DNA of 64,000 nucleotides from Candidatus Latescibacterota bacterium (GTDB lineage: Bacteria; Latescibacterota; UBA2968; UBA8231): contig OZ252098.1 of the NCBI GenBank assembly GCA_965248355.1, positions 352,001 to 416,000 of the forward strand, in the 5' to 3' direction. The position numbers were made by a program, and so were the translations under genes. Positions 57,267 through 64,000 of this stretch are shown here, piece after piece; positions within the stretch are counted from its first letter, which is position 1; every line of letters begins with the position of its first letter. Under the pieces are notes generated by a model, which had not been told where the DNA came from, ran no database searches, and was given only the letters and a program-made list of their open reading frames with translations.

Positions 57267-57566
57267 CTACCCCGGCCCTCGGAGCCGCTGGAGGTAGTCC
57301 TCCCATTCGAGGGGCAGCAGGTCCTTCTTGCGGGTGTTGCAGTCCTTGCAGCAGGGCACGACGTTGCCCCTCTCGCTGCAACCGCCGCGCACGATGGGCA
57401 CGACGTGGTCCATGGTGAGCTCTCGCGGCGGCGTCGGGCAGCCGCAGTAGTGGCACCTGCCGAGGCCGAGCCGGCGTTTCCACCACTGGCTGTCCCGGAG
57501 ATCCCGGGCCTTGCGCTTCTCCCGGACGATGTGCTCCTGGGAAGCCGGTGTGAACCAGGGTTCCAC
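57267..57566 (-). CDS. Small HNH endonuclease
   Basis: CHYCG..LTMDHVVP..GG..NVVPCCKDCN. Start approximate. Confidence 0.85.
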   Translation of the reverse strand: MEPWFTPASQEHIVREKRKARDLRDSQWWKRRLGLGRCHYCGCPTPPRELTMDHVVPIVRGGCSERGNVVPCCKDCNTRKKDLLPLEWEDYLQRLRGPG

Positions 57567-57580
57567 GAGGCGAGACTCGT

Positions 57581-58246
57581 CTACAGCACGTCCACGTAGA
57601 TCGCCTCGGCCACGTCGAGACCGATGTGCTGCTCTCCGGAGTGGCCCACGTCGAGGCGCAGGGGGCCGCGGAAGGGAGCCCGGTCCCGCACTCGGACCTC
57701 GGTGCCGAGGACGAGCCCGCTGCGGTCGAGGTATCGCAGAAGCTCCGGGTCGCGGTCGCTCACCTGCCGGATGCGTCCCCGCTGCCCCGTGCTCAACTCG
57801 GACAGCCGCGCGTAGTCGTGCTCGGCGATGACCCCGTCCTTGGTGGGGATCGGCTCGCCGTGGGCGCCCACCGTGGGGTGCCCCAGGGCCTTGTCGATGC
57901 GGTCCTCGAAGTCCTCCGAGATCACGTGTTCGAGGCGGTCGGCCTCGGCGTCGACCTGGTCCCACTCGTAGCCCAGAGCCTCGCGGAGATAGAGCTCGAG
58001 CAAGCGGTGATGGCGCACGATCTCCAGGGCGATCTTCTCACCCGAGGGGGTCAGCTCCACCCCCTGGTACGGATGGTGGTCGAGGAGCCGCATCTCGGCC
58101 AGTTTCTTGATCATGTTCGTGGCCGACGCCGCCGAGACGTGCAGGCGCCCGGCGATATGCGAAGTCGTCACCATACCGCCGGCTTCCCGGGCCCGCGAGA
58201 GCTTGAAGATCGCCTTCAGGTAGTCCTGTATCGCATCGCTGAGCAT
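57581..58246 (-). CDS. DtxR/MntR/IdeR-family metal-dependent repressor with C-terminal FeoA-like domain
   Basis: DYLKAI, RHHRLLELYL, EADRLEH and HGEPIP motifs. Confidence 0.92.
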   Translation of the reverse strand: MLSDAIQDYLKAIFKLSRAREAGGMVTTSHIAGRLHVSAASATNMIKKLAEMRLLDHHPYQGVELTPSGEKIALEIVRHHRLLELYLREALGYEWDQVDAEADRLEHVISEDFEDRIDKALGHPTVGAHGEPIPTKDGVIAEHDYARLSELSTGQRGRIRQVSDRDPELLRYLDRSGLVLGTEVRVRDRAPFRGPLRLDVGHSGEQHIGLDVAEAIYVDVL

Positions 58247-58291
58247 CGTTCCTCCAACCTAATGAGCCCGTCCGTCCGTCCGCCAGCGGTC

Positions 58292-58348
58292 TTGACGGGC
58301 CACGGGGACCGAGGTATTCTATCGGACAATCTAGTCTCGCCTAAAAAT
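58292..58348 (+). promoter_or_regulatory. Promoter and putative DtxR-type operator of the feo-like operon
   Basis: TTGACG-N17-TATTCT (58292-58320) followed by the imperfect palindrome AATCTAG-N6-CTAAAAAT. Confidence 0.55.
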
Positions 58349-58355
58349 AAAGTTA

Positions 58356-59417
58356 ATGCCCATGGATTCCTCCACTTTCCTCTATTGGGGAGCCGGCTTG
58401 GTGGCCGCTCTGGCCCTGCTCCTGTGGCCCGGGCGCGGTTGCCTGCGCCGATGGCGCCGGCTGGAGGGGCTGCGGGAGCGAATCCTGCTGGAGGACGGGC
58501 TCAAGCACCTCTACGACTGCGAGTACCAGGAGCGTACCGCCAGCGTCGAGAGCCTCGCAGGGGCCATCGAGGTCCCGAAGAGCCGCGCCGCAACCGTCCT
58601 CATCCGGCTGGAGTCCCTGGGGCTCGTCTCCACACTGGAGCACGGCATGGCCCTGACCGGCTATGGCCGGGACGAGGCCCTCCGGATCGTGCGTATCCAC
58701 CGACTCTGGGAACGCTACCTGGCCGAGCGCACCGGCGTCAGCCGGTCCCGCTGGCACGAGGAAGCGGAGCGCCGGGAGCACCACCTCTCGGCTGAGGAGA
58801 TGGAGAAGCTGTCCCGGGAGATGGGCCACCCGACCTACGATCCCCACGGCGATCCGATCCCCACGGCGGAAGGGGAGGTGCCCCCGCCCAGGACGGTCCG
58901 CCTGCCGGCCCTCGAGGAGGGCGAGCTGGCCCGGATCGAGCACGTCGAGGACGAGCCCGAGGAGGTCTACCGCCAGCTGACGGAAGCCGGCCTGCATCCG
59001 GGCACCCGGGTGCAGCTGGTGAGCGCCGGCGAAGAGGAGATCCGGCTGGTCGCCGACGGCCGGTCTCACAGCCTGCCGCCGGTGGTGGCCGGCAACGTCT
59101 TCGTGCACCCGGTGGACGGAGAGATGCCGGGGCCGTACGACAGCCTGGACGAGCTGGCCCGGGGAGAGCGGGCCCGCGTGGTGGGCATCTCGCCCGCCTG
59201 CCGGGGCCTGGAGCGCCGCCGGCTGCTGGACCTGGGCCTGCTGCCGGGGACCGAGGTCCGCGTCGAGATGGTGAGCCCCACCGGCGATCCGGTGGCCTAC
59301 CAGGTGCGCGGGGCGACGGTCGCTCTGCGGCGTCAGCAGGCCGGGCAGATCCAGGTCGAGCGCGACCTGCCGGAGGCGCCCCCGGCCGCCGCTCTGCAAG
59401 GAAAGGGATCGAGATGA
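58356..59417 (+). CDS. DtxR-like protein with N-terminal TM helix and two C-terminal FeoA domains
   Basis: [32 protein letters not shown] and DPHGDPIP motifs; GLHPG and LGLLPG..GDPVAY..VALR FeoA repeats. Confidence 0.85.
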   Translation: MPMDSSTFLYWGAGLVAALALLLWPGRGCLRRWRRLEGLRERILLEDGLKHLYDCEYQERTASVESLAGAIEVPKSRAATVLIRLESLGLVSTLEHGMALTGYGRDEALRIVRIHRLWERYLAERTGVSRSRWHEEAERREHHLSAEEMEKLSREMGHPTYDPHGDPIPTAEGEVPPPRTVRLPALEEGELARIEHVEDEPEEVYRQLTEAGLHPGTRVQLVSAGEEEIRLVADGRSHSLPPVVAGNVFVHPVDGEMPGPYDSLDELARGERARVVGISPACRGLERRRLLDLGLLPGTEVRVEMVSPTGDPVAYQVRGATVALRRQQAGQIQVERDLPEAPPAAALQGKGSR

Positions 59418-60244
59418 CCGGCGAACCCACCGCCGCCAGCTCCTGCGAGGCTTGTCCGGCCCATCACGCCGCCAATCTGATCCGCCTCGGCGTGAACATG
59501 GCCAACTGGGACTTCGTGGTCGCCCTCGCGGGAAACCCGAACACCGGAAAGACCACGGTCTTCAACGCCCTGACGGGGTTGCGGCAGCACACCGGCAACT
59601 GGCCCGGCAAGACCGTGGTGCGCGCCGAAGGCGGCTTCGCCTATGCGGGGGCCCGCTACAAGCTGGTCGACCTGCCCGGAACATACTCCCTGCTCTCCAC
59701 CAGCGATGACGAGGAGGTGGCGCGGGACTTCCTCCTCTTCGGCAGTCCCGACGTGACCGTGATCGTCGTCGATGGGACCCTGCTGGAGCGCAATCTCAAC
59801 CTCGCGCTGCAGGTCCTCGAGATCACCGACCGCGCCGTCGTCTGTCTGAATCTGATGGACGAGGCCGAACGCCGGGGCATGGAGGTGGACGACCGGCGCC
59901 TGGCCCGTGACCTCGGCGTCCCGGTGGTGCCCGCCGTGGCGCGCCGGAGCCAGGGCATCCCGGAGCTGCTGCAGGCGGTGGCCGAGGTGGCCACGGGACG
60001 GGCCTCCTGCAAACCGCACCGGATCGAGCCGCCCCCGGGGTTGAAGGTTGCCGTGGAGGAGCTCATGGCCGAGGTGTCGGCCGCCTTTCCCGGGCTGCCC
60101 AATGCGCGCTGGGTGGCCCTGAGGCTGCTGGAAGGTGATCCGCGCATCGTCGAGGCCGTGCGCTCCGGAGAGATCGCCGATCTCGGGCGTCACCTGGCGA
60201 GGGCCGCCTCGGAGGCCGAACAGGCCCGGCTGGAGGTGAGCTGA
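59414..60244 (+). CDS. feoB: FeoB N-terminal GTPase (split FeoB)
   Basis: [24 protein letters not shown] and NLMDEA motifs. Confidence 0.9.
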   Translation: MTGEPTAASSCEACPAHHAANLIRLGVNMANWDFVVALAGNPNTGKTTVFNALTGLRQHTGNWPGKTVVRAEGGFAYAGARYKLVDLPGTYSLLSTSDDEEVARDFLLFGSPDVTVIVVDGTLLERNLNLALQVLEITDRAVVCLNLMDEAERRGMEVDDRRLARDLGVPVVPAVARRSQGIPELLQAVAEVATGRASCKPHRIEPPPGLKVAVEELMAEVSAAFPGLPNARWVALRLLEGDPRIVEAVRSGEIADLGRHLARAASEAEQARLEVS

Positions 60245-61668
60245 TGGAGCAGCGCCTTCACCCGGAGACGATCCTTTCCCGGGCCGGCTCCCTGCGCTGG
60301 GAGGCGGGCCGCAACTTCCACGACGAGCTCGTGGAGTCCATCTACACCGATGCGGTCCGCATCGCCGACCGCGCCGTGACCCGCCAGGGAGAGCGCGGGC
60401 GTTTCGACCTGGACCGCACGGTCGACCGCTTCGTTACCAGCCGCTGGCTCGGCTTCCCGCTGATGCTCCTGATGCTGACCGTGGTGTTCTGGCTGACCAT
60501 CGAGGGCGCCAACTACCCCTCGGCCATGCTCGCGACGCTGCTCGTCGATTCCATCCACCCCGCTCTCAAGAGCGGGGCCGCCGCCATCGGCGTGCCGTGG
60601 TGGCTCGATGGTCTGCTGATCGATGGCATGTACCTGGCCATGGCCTGGGTGATCAGCGTCATGCTGCCGCCCATGGCGATCTTCTTCCCGCTCTTCACCC
60701 TGCTCGAGGACTTCGGCTACCTGCCGAGGGTGGCCTTCAACCTCGACGGCCTGTTCCGGCGCGCCGGCGCCCACGGGAAGCAGGCCCTGACCATGGCCAT
60801 GGGATTCGGCTGCAACGCCGCGGCCATCGTCGCCACGCGCGTCATCGACAGCCCCCGGGAACGCCTGATCGCCATCATCACCAACAACTTCTCCCTCTGC
60901 AACGGCCGCTGGCCGACGCAGATCCTGGTGGCCACCATCTTCATCGGCGGTCTCGTGCCCGCGCACTTGGCGGGCCTGGTTTCGGCAGCGGCCGTGGTGA
61001 CCGTGGCCGTGGCCGGAATCCTGCTGACCTTCGCCGTCTCCTGGGGCCTGTCCCGAACCGTGCTCAGGGGCGAGGCCTCCGCTTTCAGCCTGGAGTTGCC
61101 TCCCTATCGACCGCCCCAGATCCTGCGCACGATCTACACCTCGGTGATCGACCGCACCCTCATCGTCCTGTGGCGGGCCGTGGTCTTCGCCATTCCCGCC
61201 GGGGCCCTGATCTGGCTGTCCTCCAACATCACCATCGGGCAGGCCAGCCTGGCCGAGCACTTCATCGACTTCACCGGACCCTTCGGCGCCCTCGTCGGCC
61301 TCAACGGGGTGATCCTGCTGGCCTACGTGATCGCCATCCCGGCCAACGAGATCATCATTCCCACGATCCTCATGCTCACGGTCATGAGCGCCGGCTCGCC
61401 GGAGCTCGGGGCGGGGGTGGGGGTGATGTTCGAGCTCGACTCGGAGACGGATACCGCCCGGATCCTGGCCTCCGGCGGCTGGACCCTGCTGACGGCGGTG
61501 AACCTGATGCTCTTCAGCCTGGTCCACAATCCGTGCTCGACGACGATCTACACGATCTACAAGGAGACCCGGAGCGCCAGGTGGACCACGGTTTCGGCGC
61601 TGCTGCCGGTGGTGATGGGCTTCGTCCTCTGCTTCCTCGTCGCTCTCGTCTGGCGCACCCTGGGCTGA
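60244..61668 (+). CDS. feoB: FeoB C-terminal membrane (Gate) domain (split FeoB)
   Basis: [26 protein letters not shown] and HNPCSTT motifs; own GGAGG RBS and TGATG overlap. Confidence 0.9.
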   Translation: MEQRLHPETILSRAGSLRWEAGRNFHDELVESIYTDAVRIADRAVTRQGERGRFDLDRTVDRFVTSRWLGFPLMLLMLTVVFWLTIEGANYPSAMLATLLVDSIHPALKSGAAAIGVPWWLDGLLIDGMYLAMAWVISVMLPPMAIFFPLFTLLEDFGYLPRVAFNLDGLFRRAGAHGKQALTMAMGFGCNAAAIVATRVIDSPRERLIAIITNNFSLCNGRWPTQILVATIFIGGLVPAHLAGLVSAAAVVTVAVAGILLTFAVSWGLSRTVLRGEASAFSLELPPYRPPQILRTIYTSVIDRTLIVLWRAVVFAIPAGALIWLSSNITIGQASLAEHFIDFTGPFGALVGLNGVILLAYVIAIPANEIIIPTILMLTVMSAGSPELGAGVGVMFELDSETDTARILASGGWTLLTAVNLMLFSLVHNPCSTTIYTIYKETRSARWTTVSALLPVVMGFVLCFLVALVWRTLG

Positions 61669-61693
61669 CGCGCGGGACTGGAACCCGATACCA

Positions 61694-61730
61694 ATAAGAA
61701 AGGCCCTGGAAAGCGATCATCCAGGGCCTT
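61694..61730 (-). terminator. Intrinsic terminator downstream of tRNA-Asp (possibly bidirectional)
   Basis: AAGGCCCTGGA/TCCAGGGCCTT stem followed by a T-rich tract on the minus strand. Confidence 0.75.
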
Positions 61731-61735
61731 CGATC

Positions 61736-61813
61736 TGGCGGGACCGACGGGACTCGAACCCGCGACCTCCGGCGTGACAGGCCGGCGTTCTAAACCAACT
61801 GAACTACGATCCC
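61736..61813 (-). tRNA. tRNA-Asp(GTC)
   Basis: GGGATCGTAGTTCAGTTGGTTTAGAACGCCGGCCTGTCACGCCGGAGGTCGCGGGTTCGAGTCCCGTCGGTCCCGCCA: cloverleaf, GTC anticodon, encoded CCA. Confidence 0.97.
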
Positions 61814-61834
61814 GTGCCGCAGAACAAGTGCTGA

Positions 61835-61863
61835 AAGCTAACGGCGGGCCCTGCCCCTGTCAA
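61835..61863 (-). promoter_or_regulatory. Promoter of tRNA-Asp
   Basis: TTGACA-N17-TAGCTT. Confidence 0.7.
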
Positions 61864-61871
61864 CGCAGCGG

Positions 61872-62405
61872 TCAGATCGCGAGGTGCCGCCTGTCCCACA
61901 GCTCGCCCTCCTTCCGGATGCGCTTGAGGGCGCCTCGCAGCAGCTGGCGCTGGAGGGGGGGCAGGTGGTCGATGAACAGCCGGCCGTCCAGATGATCGAT
62001 CTCGTGCTGCAGCACCCGGGCGAAGAATCCCTCGGCCGGGAACTCCACGGGACATCCCTCGTGGTCCAGGGCGGAGATGGTGACCTCGGTGGGCCGGGAC
62101 ACCTCTCCGTAGACCTCGGGGATGCTCAGGCAGCCTTCTTCGGCAATGGCCGTGCCAGGACCCGCCTCGACCACGGGATTGATCAGAGCCACGGGCGGCT
62201 GCAAGGCCTCGGCTCCGGAGATGTCGACGACGATGACGCGCCGGGAGACGCCGATCTGAGGCGCGGCCAGCCCGACACCATCGGCCTCCGCCAGGGTGTC
62301 GAAGAGGTCTTCCACCAGACCGTTCACCTCGGCGTCGACCGAGGTCACCGGGAGGGCCTTGCGGCGCAGGACCTTCGATCCGTACTGGAGGATCTCGCGG
62401 ATCAA
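61872..62405 (-). CDS. def: Peptide deformylase
   Basis: GVGLAAPQIG, EGCLS and QHEIDHLDG motifs; TTG start overlapping the upstream TGA. Confidence 0.95.
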   Translation of the reverse strand: MIREILQYGSKVLRRKALPVTSVDAEVNGLVEDLFDTLAEADGVGLAAPQIGVSRRVIVVDISGAEALQPPVALINPVVEAGPGTAIAEEGCLSIPEVYGEVSRPTEVTISALDHEGCPVEFPAEGFFARVLQHEIDHLDGRLFIDHLPPLQRQLLRGALKRIRKEGELWDRRHLAI

Positions 62406-63487
62406 GAGGCCGGCGTCAGGTCGAGGGCGATGTAACGGGCTCCGGCGCGTTCCCCCGCCGTGACCAGTGCGGTGCGGAGGGAGTCCTGGGCGAGACGGCC
62501 TGCGGCCTCGCCTGAGAGACGCATCCAAAGTATCTGGCGGGTCTCCCCGGACTCGCACGGATCCAGGCCCAGGCCGGAGGCCGCCTGACGCACGGCTGCC
62601 GCCGGATCGCCGGAGCCGCCTTCGGACCTCCCCAGCACCTCGTTCAGGCTGCCGGAGCGGAACCCGCGCAGATCGGCCGTCACCCTGGCGTAGCCGAGAT
62701 CGAGCAGGGCCGCGCACAGCCGGTCCCGCAGAGAGCGGTCGGCCAGGAGCCGCGCGAGGTCTTCGGCCGGCAGCTCGATGCGCGCCACCTCGTCGTGGTG
62801 GCGCACGCGGACGTGGGAGCCGAACCCCTGGGCCCGCACCCGCTTCTCGGCCGCGTCCACGCGGCGCAGCCCCTCGCGCGTGACCGGCGTGCCGTAGGGG
62901 AACCGGGAGGACAGGCACGCCAGGGCCGGCCGGTCCCACACCGGGATCTCCAGGCGCCGGGCCAGCTCGCGCACGTCCTGCTTCGTCAGGCCCGCCTCCT
63001 GCAACGGGGCCCGCACGCCGAACTCACGGGCGGCGGCGGCTCCCGGCCGGTAGTCGCCCCGGTCGTCGGCGTTGTGGCCGAAGAGGAGGTTGTCCACCTG
63101 CAATTTCTCCGCCAGCCCGGCCATGTGGGAGAAGAGCTCGCTCTTGCAGTAGTAGCACCGGTTGACGGGGTTGCCGGCGTAGTCCGGGTTGTCGAGCTCT
63201 CGGGTGCGCACCACCTCGTGGCGGATGCCGAAGGGCCGCACCACCTCGGCGGCCAGCTCCAGCTCGCCCTCGGCGTAGCTCTCGGAGTCGGCGGTGACGG
63301 CGATGGCGTCTTCGCCCAGGACGCGGTGGGCGGCGACGACGAGCAGGGCGCTGTCGACCCCCCCGGAGTAGCCGATCAGGACGCGTCCCAACGGCCGCAG
63401 GAGGGTCTCCAGATCGGCGAGCTTGTCGTCGAGACTGCGAGCATCGGCTTCGGCGGGGGCGCCGTCGATCCGGATCGGGCCGCTCAC
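62402..63487 (-). CDS. larE: LarE-like ATP-dependent (PP-loop) sulfur transferase with C-terminal extension
   Basis: YSGGVDS, NRCYYCK, DYRPG, ACLSSRFPYG, VRVRHH and GFRSGSLN motifs. Confidence 0.85.
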   Translation of the reverse strand: MSGPIRIDGAPAEADARSLDDKLADLETLLRPLGRVLIGYSGGVDSALLVVAAHRVLGEDAIAVTADSESYAEGELELAAEVVRPFGIRHEVVRTRELDNPDYAGNPVNRCYYCKSELFSHMAGLAEKLQVDNLLFGHNADDRGDYRPGAAAAREFGVRAPLQEAGLTKQDVRELARRLEIPVWDRPALACLSSRFPYGTPVTREGLRRVDAAEKRVRAQGFGSHVRVRHHDEVARIELPAEDLARLLADRSLRDRLCAALLDLGYARVTADLRGFRSGSLNEVLGRSEGGSGDPAAAVRQAASGLGLDPCESGETRQILWMRLSGEAAGRLAQDSLRTALVTAGERAGARYIALDLTPAS

Positions 63488-64000
63488 GGGGCCCCGTGAG
63501 CGGGGGCAGGGGCGCTGCTCCCGGCCACGGCGGCGGGCGTCAGCACCGCCTCGGTCATGCCGTGGAGGACTTTCTTGTCGGAGGGACAGACCAGGCACTG
63601 CACGCCGGCGAGCCGCACCTCCCCGCCGACGACGTAGTAGTAGGGCCGCAGCAGGACGCGGCCGTGCATGCTCTCGATGGCATCGGCCTCGAAGTCGTAG
63701 TAGCGGGCCGGCAGGCGGGCGCCCTTGTGGAAATGCTGCAGCACGTAGGGCGAGGAATCGAAGGACCGCAGGGCCTCGTCGAGGCTGGCCCTCCACTCCT
63801 CCTCGGGCACGTCGTGGCCGACGGTGACGCCTCGGCTCTGCTGGGCCTTCTCGGAAAACCCCGAGGGCTTGATGACGAGCTCGCGCTCCTTCTTGCTAAG
63901 ATGGCGCAACTGCTCCCAGCCGCTGACCGGGCGCCCGCCGATCCGCAGGTCGGGCACGACCAGGTGGGGCGGCGACGGCGCCGGGTCGAGGACCCAGGTG
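63484..64000 (-). CDS. Hypothetical protein, possibly ATP-grasp-like; 5' end beyond window
   Basis: Open frame to the window edge; LVIKPSGFS..SRGV..G and YVLQHF recall ATP-grasp motifs. Its stop overlaps the larE start. Confidence 0.55.
   Translation of the reverse strand, partial: TWVLDPAPSPPHLVVPDLRIGGRPVSGWEQLRHLSKKERELVIKPSGFSEKAQQSRGVTVGHDVPEEEWRASLDEALRSFDSSPYVLQHFHKGARLPARYYDFEADAIESMHGRVLLRPYYYVVGGEVRLAGVQCLVCPSDKKVLHGMTEAVLTPAAVAGSSAPAPAHGAP

Noticed and set aside
57267-57566. HNH nuclease as a defence or mobile element
   Set aside because: Small stand-alone HNH with no methylase, intron or mobile context.
60225-60250. Split feoB as a frameshift error
   Set aside because: The second ORF has its own GGAGG SD and a TGATG coupling; the split falls at the domain boundary, as in naturally split FeoB.
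61736-61813. tRNA-Asp as an integration site for a genomic island
   Set aside because: No integrase gene and no repeat of the tRNA 3' end was noticed in the window.

Overview
This is a high-GC bacterial chromosomal window. The FlgD-type Ig C-terminal domains, C-terminal 'WGxVK' tails and an ASPIC/UnbV protein suggest an FCB-group candidate phylum such as Latescibacterota (inference only). From left to right it holds: (1) a truncated FAD oxidoreductase; (2) a ~16.5 kb minus-strand envelope cluster with two tandem-duplicated CBM9/DOMON-like exported proteins, three paralogous large exported FlgD-Ig proteins, two paralogous ~940-1000 aa putative outer-membrane proteins (one frameshifted) and a parvulin PPIase lipoprotein; (3) hydrolases, rhaM with an IS630 in its stop codon, a CysE-like protein and a candidate 6S-like ncRNA; (4) an ilvC-leuA-leuC-leuD-leuB-cimA-argJ-aminotransferase-accA operon preceded by a Leu/Ile-rich leader ORF; (5) queC, a DMFase-beta-like gene and queF; (6) ispH followed by a bacterial microcompartment (BMC) locus; (7) a DtxR/FeoA/split-FeoB metal uptake module, tRNA-Asp, def and a larE-like gene. 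The most striking system is the BMC locus. It has a DapA-family class I aldolase as the apparent signature enzyme, four pentamer genes and a Cys-rich cargo protein. It also encodes a four-domain BMC shell protein translationally coupled to a two-domain one (2+4=6 domains, one complete asymmetric pseudohexamer). All calls come from reading motifs by eye; no searches were run.
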